Positions 10,972-22,574 are shown, counted from the stretch's first letter. The stretch: 64,000 nucleotides of DNA from an uncultured Verrucomicrobiae bacterium (GCA_963788655.1 CAWBHS010000062.1:32001-96000), one strand, 5' to 3'. The notes: generated from the letters alone by a model not told the origin. Made by a program: numbers and translations.

Positions 10972-12628
10972 TTACTTGGAATCAGTCGGTTGAGTTTCCG
11001 GCTTGGCTGCTGGGGCGGGCGCTGGTTTTTCGACCGGCTTCGGATTACTGGGAGCGGCGTTGGTGGCCGGAGCCGATTCTTTGGGCTTAGCCGGAGCTGC
11101 GCCTTGATCCGTGCTTGAAGGGAATGGAACCGATTCAATCTTTGCACCGCCCGCGGCGGAGTCCGTCTTCGGCTCCGTCTTCTGGGGCTCGGCTGGCGCT
11201 GTGGCTGCCTTTGGAGCTTCCGTCTTGGGAGGCCGCAGGAGTCACTGCCGGTTTTTCTGTCGTCGGTGCGGTGGCGGCTGGTTTGGCCGTTTCTGGTTTG
11301 ACGGGAGCCGCGTTTGTCTCCGTTTTCGCCGGAGCCGGCATCGCAACAGCGGCCTTGCCTTCTTCCTTCTTGGGTGCCGGCGGTGCTTCGGTCTTCCCGG
11401 GCAGTGGGGGCGGAGGAACCGGTTGAGCAATTTGCTTCTTCGGCGTCACGGGCAAAGTCGAAGCACTCTTCGGTTCTTCTTTCTTTTCTTCCTTCTTCTC
11501 CGCCAGTAAATCAGCGCGCGTCTTCAGGAACGGCTCCACGGTGTATTTGGATACCAGGTAGGTCCATTTCTCGCAGGCCTGTTCGTTCTTCAACTTGGTT
11601 TCCAGTTTGTCGGTTTTCTCTTTGAATTCCTTGTCGAGCTTTTCCTTGTCTTCTTTCTTTTCATCCTTGCCGGGCGTGCGTTCCTTGGGAATGTCGGCAC
11701 TGACCGCCACTTTGAAATAGTAGTTGTTGTCGTCCGCGGTCTCGTTCCCAATCTTGAGCTTGTAGGTGAATCCTTCAAACGTGCGCATGGTGGCTTCAAT
11801 GGGATGATCCATGCCGGTGACGGTGGCTTCATCGTTGGTGGCCACATCGTTAAAGGAAGCGTATGACAATGCGCTGGTCACACTGGAAATTTTCGTCTTG
11901 TCCAATTCCTCGCCCGGTTTCGCGTCCGCGAGTTTCCAATCGCCGGCTTCGGTCGGACGTTCCAGCGTCCAACTGTTCGTGGCGTTGGTGGATGTCACGG
12001 AGATGTAATTCGGTTTTTCGACTTTGAACCAGTCTTTGCTGATCCAATCCTGGGCGCGGGGGGCAAGCTGGGTCAACGGATCGGAAACCAACGCAATATC
12101 GTTCGGGCTGCCGTCCACCATCACGTAGCGGCCAACCGGATACGAGGAATCCCCGCCATAGGGGGATGGTTGAGAGGATTCGCGCATGACCTCTTTGCCC
12201 AGCAACAGCGTCTTGGTGGCCTTACCGGAATTGTCTTTGAACTCCACCAGCGTGGCATCGCCGTTTTTGGTGGGAGGCACCAACCCCAACGCCGGCAGAC
12301 GAGCGGGCGCCGCGTTGACGGCCTTGGCGATTTTAATGTCCACCAACTTGCGCAACTCTTCCGCCAGTTTGCCAAAATTGGCCGGGTACCCGTTACGCTC
12401 CTTCACCGTCCAAGTATCGCCGGTCTTGACCAAGTCCACGGCGTTGGAGCTGTTTTGAATATGAACCGTCGCCACCGAATTGATGTCGTAATCTTTGCCC
12501 AGCAACTTGCTGCCCATTTTCTGGGACGCGCGCTTGAACGAGGAGTCTTGGGTTTTCATGATGTACAAACCCGCACCGCCCAAAATCAATCCGAGGACAA
12601 TAATCAACAACAGTTGTTTCTTGCTCAT
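10972..12628 (-). CDS. DUF4340-type membrane-anchored protein with long Pro/Ala/Lys-rich tail (frameshift near 11225)
   Basis: N-terminal TM helix; last gene of the Gld-like ABC operon; the P/A/K-rich frame continues to TAA at 10972-10974. Confidence 0.8.
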
Positions 12629-12706
12629 GTGTTCAGTTCTTCAGTTTGAATCCGTATCGTGCTACAGAAAAAAGGTTCATCTGCTCGCCCGCCGAGCCGC
12701 CGGGCC

Positions 12707-14608
12707 TCACCGTGCCACCGTCTTGCGCTTGCGAACAATGGCCAGCGCAATCCCCAAAATCGTCACCAGCAAGGGCATCCCGGCGATGTTCGCCCACTTG
12801 AGTTCATTCTCCAGACTCTCTTCATCGCGACGCAATTTCTTACGAACCTCGCGCAGCGCCCGATTGGCTTCGGCTTGTTTTTGTTGGAGATTGGCCATTT
12901 CGGTCCGGGCTTCGGGCGACAAGATAAAGCGTTGGTTGCCCTCCTTCTTGCTTTGGATCTCGCTGATCTTTTGCTGGGCTTCCTGCAATTGCTTCTCGAA
13001 GCCGGCAATTTGGGCTTGATAACGTTTTTGCGCTTCAGCCCGCATGTCTTCGACAACGGTGAAAGGCCGGCGAATGCTGGCCCGGCTGCGGGCGCCAATC
13101 AGGTTGATGTCACCCGCCATCTGTTCGGTAATGCTCTGTACAAAAGTGAGGTTGCCGTTGAACGGTTGCGCCAGTCCGAAGATGGGCAGTTTGCGCACGC
13201 AGAAATTGTCATAGATCATGTCCGCGTCGCCAATCAGGTACACGAAGTTGTCATTCTTGGACTCTTTTAGGTATTCCTTGGCCGGCTCCGCGGCTTTTTC
13301 CTTGTCCTTGTCGGCTTCGCTTGTGGACGTGTCGGCCGGTTTGCCATCCGGAAACGCCGTCTTGAATTTGCCCGTCAAGCGGACGGCCAGATTCAGGTCC
13401 AGGCCGCTGGGTTTGAAATCCGTGACAATTTTTTGCCCGCCGCCCTGGGCCATGAAGGTTTCCACCATTTCCGAATTGGTCGAGGAGTGGAGCAGCGTTT
13501 CCATGCTCAGTCCCTTGACCGGAGTGCCGGTGAATGCGCCGGCCGCCGGCATGAGAATGTTGTCGAACTGGCTCATGATCGCATCCTGGCTGTCGATGCC
13601 GCGCTTGTTGAGGAACAGCCAGGTGGGTTCGAGGCGCTGGCGTCCATCTGGCCCGGCCAAATCGGCCTTCATGAAATTCAAGTCCGCGACCACTTTGCCG
13701 GTGTTAAAATCGATGCCCCAGGCAGCAAACAACTTGGGCAGCGAACTGCCGTTGCCCATTTGCATGCCCATCGGCCCCGGATTGGATTGATCCACCAGGC
13801 ACAACGGATCGACAAAGGCCACCAGCTTGCCGCCGCGCAGCACGAACTGGTCAAGGGCAAACTGGGCCTTGTCCGTAATGCCCTTCGGATGAATCACCAG
13901 CAGCACCTGGATGTTTTGGGGGATTTCCTCGACCTCCATGCCAACCGTTTCCACTTCAAAATCGCGCTTCAATTCATTGATGATGATCCACGGCGGCGTG
14001 CCCTGCTGGCCCATGCGCATCATATTCGGATTGGCAGGCATGCCGTTGAGCGGCAAGGGGGACATCACGCCCACCACGGGTTTGTTGGTGCTCATCACCT
14101 GGGAAATGGTGCGGGCCAGATCGTATTCCAATAACCGCTCGCGCTCCGGGGTCAGAAAGGGCAACGACGCTTTGGCCGGTTCCTGGCTGACCGCCACGCC
14201 GAGGTAGAATTGTTCACCGCCCGGCAGGTTGCGCGGCTCGATGCCATCCAACCGCGCCAGATCTTCCGCCTCGGAATCCGGCTCCGGATCAAACTTACGG
14301 ATCTCGATGTTCTGGGGATTCTGTTGACGGAATTCCTGGAGCAAATCCTCAACGCTTTGGGCGTAATTCTTGTACTGCGACGGCACCTGTTGCTCGCTCT
14401 TCGAGTAGTAGAAACGCACCTCGACCGGCGAATCGATGCGGTGCAGAATTTCCTTGGTGCCGGGTGACAGGGTGTAGAGTTTGTCTTCGGTCATGTCCAC
14501 GCGCATCCGGATCGCGTTGAAGATCAAATTCACGCCCACGACGACCAGGAACATGAACGCCACGCCAATGGCGGAGTAGAGCAGAGTCTCAGTTTTTTTG
14601 TGCTTCAT
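12707..14608 (-). CDS. GldG-like ABC transporter auxiliary component
   Basis: RVDMTEDKLYTLSPGT, LEYDLARTI, ALDQFVLRGGKLVAFVDP; terminal TM helices. Confidence 0.87.
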   Translation of the reverse strand: MKHKKTETLLYSAIGVAFMFLVVVGVNLIFNAIRMRVDMTEDKLYTLSPGTKEILHRIDSPVEVRFYYSKSEQQVPSQYKNYAQSVEDLLQEFRQQNPQNIEIRKFDPEPDSEAEDLARLDGIEPRNLPGGEQFYLGVAVSQEPAKASLPFLTPERERLLEYDLARTISQVMSTNKPVVGVMSPLPLNGMPANPNMMRMGQQGTPPWIIINELKRDFEVETVGMEVEEIPQNIQVLLVIHPKGITDKAQFALDQFVLRGGKLVAFVDPLCLVDQSNPGPMGMQMGNGSSLPKLFAAWGIDFNTGKVVADLNFMKADLAGPDGRQRLEPTWLFLNKRGIDSQDAIMSQFDNILMPAAGAFTGTPVKGLSMETLLHSSTNSEMVETFMAQGGGQKIVTDFKPSGLDLNLAVRLTGKFKTAFPDGKPADTSTSEADKDKEKAAEPAKEYLKESKNDNFVYLIGDADMIYDNFCVRKLPIFGLAQPFNGNLTFVQSITEQMAGDINLIGARSRASIRRPFTVVEDMRAEAQKRYQAQIAGFEKQLQEAQQKISEIQSKKEGNQRFILSPEARTEMANLQQKQAEANRALREVRKKLRRDEESLENELKWANIAGMPLLVTILGIALAIVRKRKTVAR

Positions 14609-14669
14609 AGTGCAAACGCTTCGTTCGGAGAATTCTCATCAAGTTTCATCAAACCACGGGCCCCGGGCC

Positions 14670-15416
14670 TCATCCGGCCCGCAAGTTGCGCAGAATCACC
14701 CCGGTGCAAAACAGCGGGAAAATGGTCAACGATGCAAAGAAAACCAAGTCCCGCAGATCGATGACTCCGCGCTGAAAGCCGATGAAATGCGGCATTACGC
14801 TGAACGAGGACACCAACGATACCAACCACTCCGGCGCCCAACGGACCAACAAATTGGTCACTGGCTCCCACCCCGCCAGGATCAGGAAGAAACAAATCAC
14901 GACCGACAGAATAAAACTGATGACCTGGTTACGCGTGATAGCTGAAGTCATGCACGTCACGGCCAAATAGCCGCCCGCCAGCAACAGGCTGCCCAGATAG
15001 CCGGCAAAGATGGCGGACACGTCCGCGTCCCCCAGGAAACAAACGGTCAGGAACACCGGGAACGTCAGGGCGAGGGCCAGGATCAGGAACAGCCAACTGG
15101 CGATGAACTTGCCGACAATCGCCTGCCAGGGGGTAATCGGCATGGTCAGCAGCAATTCCATGGTGTGGAGCCGCCGTTCCTCGGACCACAACCGCATCCC
15201 AGCGGCCGGCACGAGGAACAGGTACAGCCACGGGTGCCACATAAAAAATGACGCCAGAGAGGCCTCGCCCCGGTCGAAGAAGCCGCCCAGCATGAACGTG
15301 AAGAAACCCGCCAGTAGCAGGAAGATCACAATAAACACGTACGCCACCGGGGTATAGAAATAGGCGCTCAATTCCCGTTTGGCGATGGTCCAGGTATTTT
15401 GCCAGGCACTAGTCAT
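14670..15416 (-). CDS. ABC-2 permease, GldF-like
   Basis: IAKRELSAYFYTPVAY, MRLWSEERR..TMELLLT; six TM segments. Confidence 0.9.
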   Translation of the reverse strand: MTSAWQNTWTIAKRELSAYFYTPVAYVFIVIFLLLAGFFTFMLGGFFDRGEASLASFFMWHPWLYLFLVPAAGMRLWSEERRLHTMELLLTMPITPWQAIVGKFIASWLFLILALALTFPVFLTVCFLGDADVSAIFAGYLGSLLLAGGYLAVTCMTSAITRNQVISFILSVVICFFLILAGWEPVTNLLVRWAPEWLVSLVSSFSVMPHFIGFQRGVIDLRDLVFFASLTIFPLFCTGVILRNLRAG

Positions 15417-16411
15417 GGCTGCACCTCCGCGACTGGGGCTTCGACCGCCCGTTCTCGTTCCGTTGCCGTTTCGGACCAAGTGATATTGCGAAACACTTCG
15501 TCCAATCGTCCTTCTTCCGTATGTAATTCATCAATCGTCCATCCTTCCGTCGTGGTGACCTCAGCCACCAATCGCGCCAATTCACCGTCGGCCGTTTTCG
15601 GCTTGGGATAGGCCCGGGCCCAAACCGCTCCCTGTTGGGTTTTCACAATCGCGGCCTTGCGGGCCAAAGGCACGGCCGCCAGCTTTTGTTTCACCAAGTC
15701 CGCCGCCACATTGAGGACGCGCAACGATACCGCGCCGGCTATATCGGATTTTTGCTTGAGATCATCCGGGGTGCCGTTGGCCACGATCTTGCCGCGGTCA
15801 ATGATGATCGCCCGCGTGCAAGCGGCATCGACTTCCTCCAAAATGTGCGTCGAAAAAATGATCGCCTTCTTCTCGCCCATCCGCCGGATCAACTGCCGCA
15901 CCTCGTGTTTCTGATTGGGGTCCAACCCGTCGGTGGGTTCGTCCAACACGAGCACCTCCGGATCATGAATGATCGACTGGGCAAAGCAGGTGCGGTGGCG
16001 ATAGCCCTTGGACAACGTATCCACACTCTGGTGCAACACGGGTTCGAGGAAACACAGTTCCACGGCGCGGTTGACCGCCTTGCGCCTGGCGTCGCCGCTC
16101 AACCCGCGCAGCGACGCGCAAAAGTTGAGGAAGCCATGGACGGTCATGTCATTATAGGAAGGCGCATTCTCCGGCAGGTAACCGATCAGCCGTTTCGCCG
16201 GGATGGGATTTTCGGCCATGTCATGCCCCCCCACCGTCACCTTCCCATCCGTAGGCGGGATAAATCCGGTAATCATCCGCATCGTCGTGGACTTGCCCGC
16301 CCCATTGGGTCCGAGGAAGCCCAGGACTTCGCCACGTTCCACCGCAAAAGACACGTGATCGACGGCCTTTTTCGGTCCAAACGATTTCGACAAATTCTGA
16401 ACTTTAATCAT
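15413..16411 (-). CDS. ABC transporter ATP-binding protein, GldA-like
   Basis: GPNGAGKST, LSKGYRHR, LVLDEPTDGLDP, STH. Confidence 0.95.
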   Translation of the reverse strand: MIKVQNLSKSFGPKKAVDHVSFAVERGEVLGFLGPNGAGKSTTMRMITGFIPPTDGKVTVGGHDMAENPIPAKRLIGYLPENAPSYNDMTVHGFLNFCASLRGLSGDARRKAVNRAVELCFLEPVLHQSVDTLSKGYRHRTCFAQSIIHDPEVLVLDEPTDGLDPNQKHEVRQLIRRMGEKKAIIFSTHILEEVDAACTRAIIIDRGKIVANGTPDDLKQKSDIAGAVSLRVLNVAADLVKQKLAAVPLARKAAIVKTQQGAVWARAYPKPKTADGELARLVAEVTTTEGWTIDELHTEEGRLDEVFRNITWSETATERERAVEAPVAEVQP

Positions 16412-16683
16412 GTTGCGTTGTTCCCAAAACCATTGGAATGGTCGTTCCAAATAACTTTTCGTTCCGGGGATGTAAAGTGGTTTTCTTACGCTGGCGAATT
16501 ACATTTTTGTAATCCGCGCGTAACCTTTCTGAATCGCAGGTGATTGACGGACACGGATCAAACCGAGTTCATTTCGTCAGTCGCCCGCGAGCAATCCGCA
16601 ACCGATCGGCAGACGCACCAGGGCGATTGTTTGGGGTAGAGTTGGAAACGATTGGCGCGCGGTTCGGGCGCCCTTCGATAAGT

Positions 16684-16723
16684 CGCGCCAGCGTTTGGTA
16701 TGCGTCCGGCTGGCCGGCGCTTT
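16684..16723. repeat. REP-B palindromic repeat (single copy)
   Basis: cgcgccagcgtttggtatgcgtccggctggccggcgcttt is nearly the reverse complement of 24790-24829. Confidence 0.75.
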
Positions 16724-16887
16724 CGAACATCGGGCATCTCATATTCCGGAAGCCGTTCCTAATTACGGTCGGGGTCCAAGCAATCTCCCGTGAACCGGAG
16801 CAATTGGGATTTCGGCCTTTTGCTCCACCCTTTTGGCGTGACGGCGCGGCGGGATTATGGAACGGTTGCCGGCCAGATCACTGCATT

Positions 16888-17730
16888 ATGGAAATCAAGA
16901 AAGCCATTCTGACTGCCGCCGGCAAGCACCAGCGCACTCTGCCCCTGCAAACACTGGTGGATCGCGACGGGACCACCAAATCCGCCCTGGCCATTTTGAT
17001 CGAAGAAATTCTGGCCGCGCGCATCGACGAAGTGTGTGTCGTGGTTTCGCCCGGTGATGAACACGCCTACACGACCGCCGCCGGCGAACACGCCGGACGC
17101 CTGCATTTTGTGGCGCAGAAGTCACCGCGCGGATACGGACACGCGGTCGTTTCGGCCCACGAATTCGTGGGCGACCAACCCTTCCTGTTGCTGGTGGGCG
17201 ATCATCTGTATGTCAGCGGCACCAACCGACGTTGCGCGGCGCAACTGGTCGAGATCGCCGCCACGGAGAACTGTGCCGTCTCGGCGGTGCAACCCACTCA
17301 CGAGAGCAAGTTGCCCTTTTACGGCACCATCGGCGGACGGCGAGTCGCGGGACGCAAAGGTCTTTATGAAGTGGCCGAAGTGCTGGAGAAACCGACCCCC
17401 ACCGAAGCGGAGCAGAAACTGATCGTTCCCGGATTGCGAGCGGGACATTATCTCTGTTTTTTCGGCATGCACGTGTTGACTTCCGCCGTGATGCAGATTC
17501 TGGCGGACGAGGTTTCCCGGGAAGACCAATCCGACCATATCCACTTGACGCCTGCTCTGGCCAAATTAGCCGCCCGCGAGCGTTATTTGGCCGGCGAATT
17601 GGAAGGACGCCGTTATGATATTGGCGTCAAATACGGTCTGCTCACCGCGCAACTGGCCCTCGCTCTCGACGGCCAGGATCGGGACGAGGTGTTGACCGGG
17701 TTGGTCGAGTTGTTGGCCGCGCGAAAGTAA
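16888..17730 (+). CDS. Sugar-phosphate nucleotidyltransferase (GalU-like)
   Basis: [32 protein letters not shown]. Confidence 0.82.
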   Translation: MEIKKAILTAAGKHQRTLPLQTLVDRDGTTKSALAILIEEILAARIDEVCVVVSPGDEHAYTTAAGEHAGRLHFVAQKSPRGYGHAVVSAHEFVGDQPFLLLVGDHLYVSGTNRRCAAQLVEIAATENCAVSAVQPTHESKLPFYGTIGGRRVAGRKGLYEVAEVLEKPTPTEAEQKLIVPGLRAGHYLCFFGMHVLTSAVMQILADEVSREDQSDHIHLTPALAKLAARERYLAGELEGRRYDIGVKYGLLTAQLALALDGQDRDEVLTGLVELLAARK

Positions 17731-17773
17731 ACGTGAGGCGGGAGCGTCATTCAAATTGGCTACCTTCGTCACG

Positions 17774-17889
17774 AATGACCAAGGCCCAATGACCAATGAC
17801 CAGTTGATCAACTGACCGCAGTTCGAACTTTGGCTGGTCATTGGGATTTGGGCATTCTCTGGGCCTTGGTCATTGGTCATTGGCCATTC
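17774..17889. repeat. Inverted AATGACC-type heptamer arrays (family C) between convergent genes
   Basis: aatgaccaaggcccaatgaccaatgacc ... ggtcattgggatttgggcattctctgggccttggtcattggtcattggccatt. Confidence 0.85.
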
Positions 17890-17943
17890 CGGACGCTTCC
17901 CCGGTGCCGCGGCAGGGAAAACCCAGCCCCAACCGAATGTCTA

Positions 17944-18978
17944 TCAGGCGTGCTTGCGATGCGAATGGCGTTCGGCGGAATTGTCGGCGGCAAAAATCAC
18001 TTGGTGCGTTCGCAAGGCGTCCGCCAAACTGGTCAAGGGCATGTCGTAGCCCGCGTCCAAGGCGGTGAAGAACGCTTCAAACAACGCCTGGTACGGATGA
18101 TCGTCGGCCTTACCGGAATCGAGCAGTTTCATGGACAACTCGCTCCACTGGTGATTGTCCAGCCCCGGCAGGTAGGTCGAATAGAATTTGTTGTCGAGCA
18201 ATGTTCCTTCACTGCCAACCAGGTGGACGTGAAAATAATATGGACCGTGACTATCGATCACCGAGGCCACCTTGCCCACGCGTCCATCTTTGAACTTCAG
18301 GATCGTGACGCTGGTGGTGGGATATTCGTATTGGGAAAAATCACGGTTCGCCGAATGGGTGTTGTAACTGCTGACCACCTCGACGTCCGCTCCCATGCAA
18401 TAAAGCAGCGCGTCGAGGGCATGGCACCCTGCCGACAGCAGGCTGCTGCCGCCGGATGATTTGTGGATGTTCCAACGATATTGGCCGTACTCCGGACCGA
18501 TACCGTGGTAATAATCCACTTCCCCGTAATGAATCTTGCCCAGCAGACCGCGATCGATCATGGCTTTGGTGGCCTGGATTTGACTCGAATAGCGGCACTC
18601 GAAGCAGACGCACGTCTTGACCTTGGCCTCGCGCACGGCCTTTTCAATGGCCAGGCAATCCTCCCAATTGAAGGCCAGCGGCTTTTCGATGATGAGATGC
18701 TTGCCCGCCTTGGCGCCCAGAATTGCCTGCATCGCATGGTGCTCCGGATAGCTGCAGATCGCCACCACCTGGATGTTTTTATCGGCCAACAGAGCTTCCA
18801 ACTTGTTGTAAACGGTGATGGCGCAGCCATGCTTGGCACTGAGTTGGGCGGCATCCAGTTTGCGGGTGGAACAAACGGCCGTGACCTGGCCCAAGGAGGT
18901 GGCATTGATCGCGGAAATATGTGCGCTGCTAACCCAGCCGTAACCGATGATTCCTACGTTGTATTTTTTCGCTGTCAT
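17944..18978 (-). CDS. Gfo/Idh/MocA oxidoreductase
   Basis: VGIIGYGW, GKHLIIEKP, GCHALD. Confidence 0.92.
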   Translation of the reverse strand: MTAKKYNVGIIGYGWVSSAHISAINATSLGQVTAVCSTRKLDAAQLSAKHGCAITVYNKLEALLADKNIQVVAICSYPEHHAMQAILGAKAGKHLIIEKPLAFNWEDCLAIEKAVREAKVKTCVCFECRYSSQIQATKAMIDRGLLGKIHYGEVDYYHGIGPEYGQYRWNIHKSSGGSSLLSAGCHALDALLYCMGADVEVVSSYNTHSANRDFSQYEYPTTSVTILKFKDGRVGKVASVIDSHGPYYFHVHLVGSEGTLLDNKFYSTYLPGLDNHQWSELSMKLLDSGKADDHPYQALFEAFFTALDAGYDMPLTSLADALRTHQVIFAADNSAERHSHRKHA

Positions 18979-19077
18979 AACGGGCATTGTCAGTTTGGTT
19001 CAACGCATAACCGATGGCATCGGTTTTGGCCCGGAATGTCAAAGCAAAAGCGAGGGGGCGAATGGGGTGGAGCAGCC

Positions 19078-19603
19078 TTACCACCCTGCGCATTGTTGGG
19101 CTGCGGACAGGTGCAGTGGGATTTTGCCCAGTACCCGCAAGGAGTTGAGCCGAAGTCTGAGCCCCGATCAGCTCCGTGAGCAGGGATTCAGTTTTCGCCA
19201 GTCGGGCCAGCCCCGAAAGCAAGTGCAGATAGCGCGAGGTATCGGTTACCGGCGCCACCACCACGAAAACGAACCGCACTGCCGTGGTACGGGGAGCGCC
19301 CCACGCCACCGGCTGCGGGCTTCGGCCGAACGCGAACCGCAATCGGTCATCCGAATTGCTCCGGGCATGGGGAAACGCCAAGCCACCGTCGGTGGCGGTG
19401 GATGAAAGATATTCGCGTGTCAATGCCGCATTGTAGAACGGCAAAACATCCTGCACCCAACCCTGGGTGTGCAACACCTGGGTCAACTCCTTGATTACTC
19501 CCGCCATATCGCGCTCCCGAAGTTCCGGTACCACCAAGGATGCATCCGCAAAATCCGCCAGCGACAACGCGGATGGCAGCGAGATGGCAGAACTAAGAGG
19601 CAT
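19078..19603 (-). CDS. PTS EIIA (Fru/Ntr-type) domain protein (frameshift near 19135)
   Basis: REYLSST...GLAFPHAR phospho-His motif; YLHLLSGLARL. Confidence 0.85.
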
Positions 19604-19988
19604 TCTCGACGACGCTTTCGACGCTTTTCTTGGTTTTACGCGGCCGCCGCTTGGGAGTCGGTGCTGGATTGGCGGGCGCCGTGGGAGCCACCTCTGCTTC
19701 AAGGTGCAGGTAGCGCCCGCAATTGCCGCAAATCTGAATATCGTCGCCGTGCCGCAACACTTGCATGGCGCCGATGGCCAGGCCCATGTGGCATGCGCGA
19801 CAGACGCCGTTTCGCACCAGGGCGACGCCCTTCTTACCGCGGGCCATCATGCGGTCGTAATGACCCAGAATTTGGGGGGGGATGGTGGCTCGGAGTTTTT
19901 CGACGGCTGCTTTTACCTTGGGGGAATTGACTTTGACTCCCATTTCGATGGTCTGAAGTTCGAACAGATTAGCCATGATTTGCTTCAT
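19593..19988 (-). CDS. C4 zinc-ribbon domain protein
   Basis: GVALVRNGVCRACHM...ICGNCGRYL; basic tail. Confidence 0.8.
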   Translation of the reverse strand: MKQIMANLFELQTIEMGVKVNSPKVKAAVEKLRATIPPQILGHYDRMMARGKKGVALVRNGVCRACHMGLAIGAMQVLRHGDDIQICGNCGRYLHLEAEVAPTAPANPAPTPKRRPRKTKKSVESVVENAS

Positions 19989-20002
19989 ACCGGAAAGCTC
20001 TC

Positions 20003-20017
20003 GCAACTGGCGTGCCA
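20003..20017 (-). promoter_or_regulatory. Putative sigma-54 -24/-12 promoter
   Basis: Minus strand TGGCACGCCAGTTGC is an exact TGGCAC-N5-TTGC match, just upstream of the zinc-ribbon/EIIA genes. Confidence 0.65.
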
Positions 20018-20202
20018 GGCTTTAAGCTTCCCGTGCAACCTGTTGCGAAGTAAATGGAATTAAACAATGAACGGATTTCTCAATGCGCGCGAATGAAGTT
20101 CTTAATTGGCGATTAGTGCATTCTTTGCACAAAAATGATTGGAGAAGTGCAGCGAGCTGAGTTGCTATTCCATTTTTCGGCGGGCCCGTTTATGTTCGGC
20201 CA

Positions 20203-21331
20203 ATGAACGTCACGGTACACGGCCGCACCCGCCATTATCGCACCGTCGCTTACGATTCGCGGGCGAATGAAGTGCGGTTGATTGAACAGCGCCGGCTGCC
20301 GCACGGTTTCCAAATCGTCGGCACGCCGGATTATCGCGCGACGGCAGTGGCCATACGCGACATGGTGGTCCGGGGCGCGCCGGCGATTGCCGCTACCGCA
20401 GCTTACGGTCTGGCGCAAGGCGCGCAGAGTTTTCGTGGCAAAGATCCGGCAAAATTCGAGCGGCATCTGGACACGGTTTATCGCGTGTTAAAAGACGCCC
20501 GCCCTACGGCGGTGGATCCGGTCAATGCCATGAACCGTGTGCGTCAGGCCATGAACCGCGGAGCCACGGTGTCGGACCAGCAACAGTTGGCCATTGTCGC
20601 TGCCGAGACCTTCGCTGACGAAAGCGTCGAACACTGCCGGTCCATTGGTGAGCACGGCGCGAAACTAATCCGCGCCGGCGCTCGTGTTTTGACGCATTGT
20701 AATGCCGGGTGGTTGGCGTGCGTGGACATCGGCACCGCGACGGCGCCAATCTACGCGGCGCAAGCCAAAGGCAAGCAATTCCATGTCTTCTGTGATGAAA
20801 CCCGGCCCCGCTGCCAGGGTGCTTCGCTCACCGCTTGGGAGTTGTGCCAGCAAGGGGTTTCGCATCAGGTCATCGCCGACAATGCCGCCGGCCACTTGAT
20901 GCAGCGGGGCGAAATCGATCTGGTCATCGTGGGCAGCGATCGCACGTTGGGCCGCACGGGCGAAGTGGCCAACAAGATCGGCACCTACACCAAAGCCGTG
21001 TTGGCAGCGCGGCACGGGATTCCATTCTACGTGGCCATCCCGCTCTCGACCATCGATTGGAATTTGCGCCGCGGTTTCGACATTCCCATCGAAGAACGGG
21101 ACGCAGCCGAAGTGCTGGGCGCCTGGGGCGCGATTCAAGCGCCAAAGCTCCAAAGGCTGCGGACAAAAACGCACCGGGACATCCACATACATCCGCATCG
21201 CCAATCCCGGCAGCGGCGCGCGCAATCCGGGCTTCGATGTGACCCCGCCCGAACTCATCACCGGCATCATCACGCCGGCTGGGATTTTCAAACCCGCTGA
21301 GTTATGGAAGAATCGAGCACTCCTGAAATAG
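20203..21331 (+). CDS. mtnA: S-methyl-5-thioribose-1-phosphate isomerase (frameshift near 21160-21195)
   Basis: [40 protein letters not shown]; shifted frame [17 protein letters not shown]. Confidence 0.93.
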
Positions 21332-21354
21332 AGAGGCAATGAGACGTTAAGCGA

Positions 21355-22250
21355 ATGAACCGAAACCAACCCATCCAACTTGCCTTCGCCATTGCTCTCG
21401 GATTACTGGCCGGTATCGCGATGACCTCGGCCCAGCAAAAGATCGACGAGGCCGGGGAGCAAAAACAATGGGAGGTTCTGAAGAATTGTCGCTTGTTGAC
21501 CAACGCGTTGATGGATGGCGACAGCTTCCATGTTCAATGCCAGGATCGGGAATACATTTTTCGACTGGTACTTTCGTGGATGCCCCTGAGACGGATTCGA
21601 GTCAGCAAGAACGCATCGTTGACCAAGCCGCCTACTTTGGAATTTCTCCCCAGGACATTCCCCGTGCCGGAGAACTGGCCAAGCGCTTGGCGAAGTCCAT
21701 CCTGGAAAAGAAATCGATCACCACCATCACTCGCTGGCGCAGTGCCGGCGGCCGGAGTGCGTTGGCCCGGTTTTATGCAGTCATTCTGGTGGATGACAAA
21801 AACCTCGCCTTCGAGTTGGTGCGGCACGGTCTGGCTCGCATCTATGGTTACCGGGCCAATTGGCCTGACGGACCGCGCTCCACCACGTTTATCAATCAGC
21901 TCAAGAATGCCGAACTTCAGGCCCGGGAACAAAAACTTGGCGTTTGGAATGTGACTCAGTTCCTCCCATCCGAAGACGCCGCCACGGCCCCGCGAACTTC
22001 CATGGCCACGAATCTTCCCGTTGTCCAAACGGAATCCCCGGTTGCTCCCTCGGCTCGAATCGATTTGAACCAGGCCAGCCGTGAAGCACTCATGCGCCTG
22101 CCGGCCATTGGGCCGATACTGGCCGACCGGATTATTGCGCAGCGTCCGTATGCGACCGTGAACGAACTGCGAAATGTCCGGGGCATTGGCCCCAAAACCA
22201 TGGATCGGCTGCGTTCTTTGGTGACCGTGGGTCTGCCGGAGCGGCCATAG
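21355..22250 (+). CDS. Secreted SNase-like nuclease fused to ComEA-type helix-hairpin-helix domain (frameshift near 21570)
   Basis: Signal peptide; DGDSF...RL..VDAPE, LVRHGLARI, AREQKLGVW; C-terminal IDLNQAS..LMRLPAIGP..ADRII..RPY...VRGIGPK. Confidence 0.82.
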
Positions 22251-22319
22251 GGCCGATGTTGAAATCCCGATTCAATGGCCAACAGGCGGTAGCCGACGAC
22301 GCGCGGAGGCGGACGACGA

Positions 22320-22485
22320 ACCAAGACCGAGAAACGAAATCCGAGAAATGAAAAAGTTTGAAGCCCCAAATCCGCATGCACCGGCGTGATGAAGCTTTGA
22401 CTTCCTACGAATTAAATTGGGAGCTGCTTTCGGGAATCGGATTTCGGATTTCCTTTCGGCCTTCGGTCATCGGTCTTTGGATTTT
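22320..22485. repeat. GAAATCC/TTTCGGA-type heptamer arrays (family D), inverted arms
   Basis: gaaacgaaatccgagaaatg ... tttcgggaatcggatttcggatttcctttcggccttcggtcatcggtctttgg; homologous to 52271-52323 in reverse. Confidence 0.7.
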
Positions 22486-22511
22486 GACCCGTTGCTGTCT
22501 ATTCTGGCGAT

Positions 22512-22540
22512 TTGACACAGACGCCGTTTTGTTGTGTGAT
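22512..22540 (+). promoter_or_regulatory. Possible sigma-70 promoter
   Basis: TTGACA-17nt-TGTGAT about 35 bp before the ATG at 22575. Confidence 0.35.
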
Positions 22541-22574
22541 GCGCCGCAGTCAACGTTAATTGCTTAAACAGACT

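Noticed and set aside
16450..16880. Riboswitch or ncRNA in the long divergent intergenic region
   Set aside because: Only a REP-B copy is recognisable; I could not match any riboswitch consensus by eye
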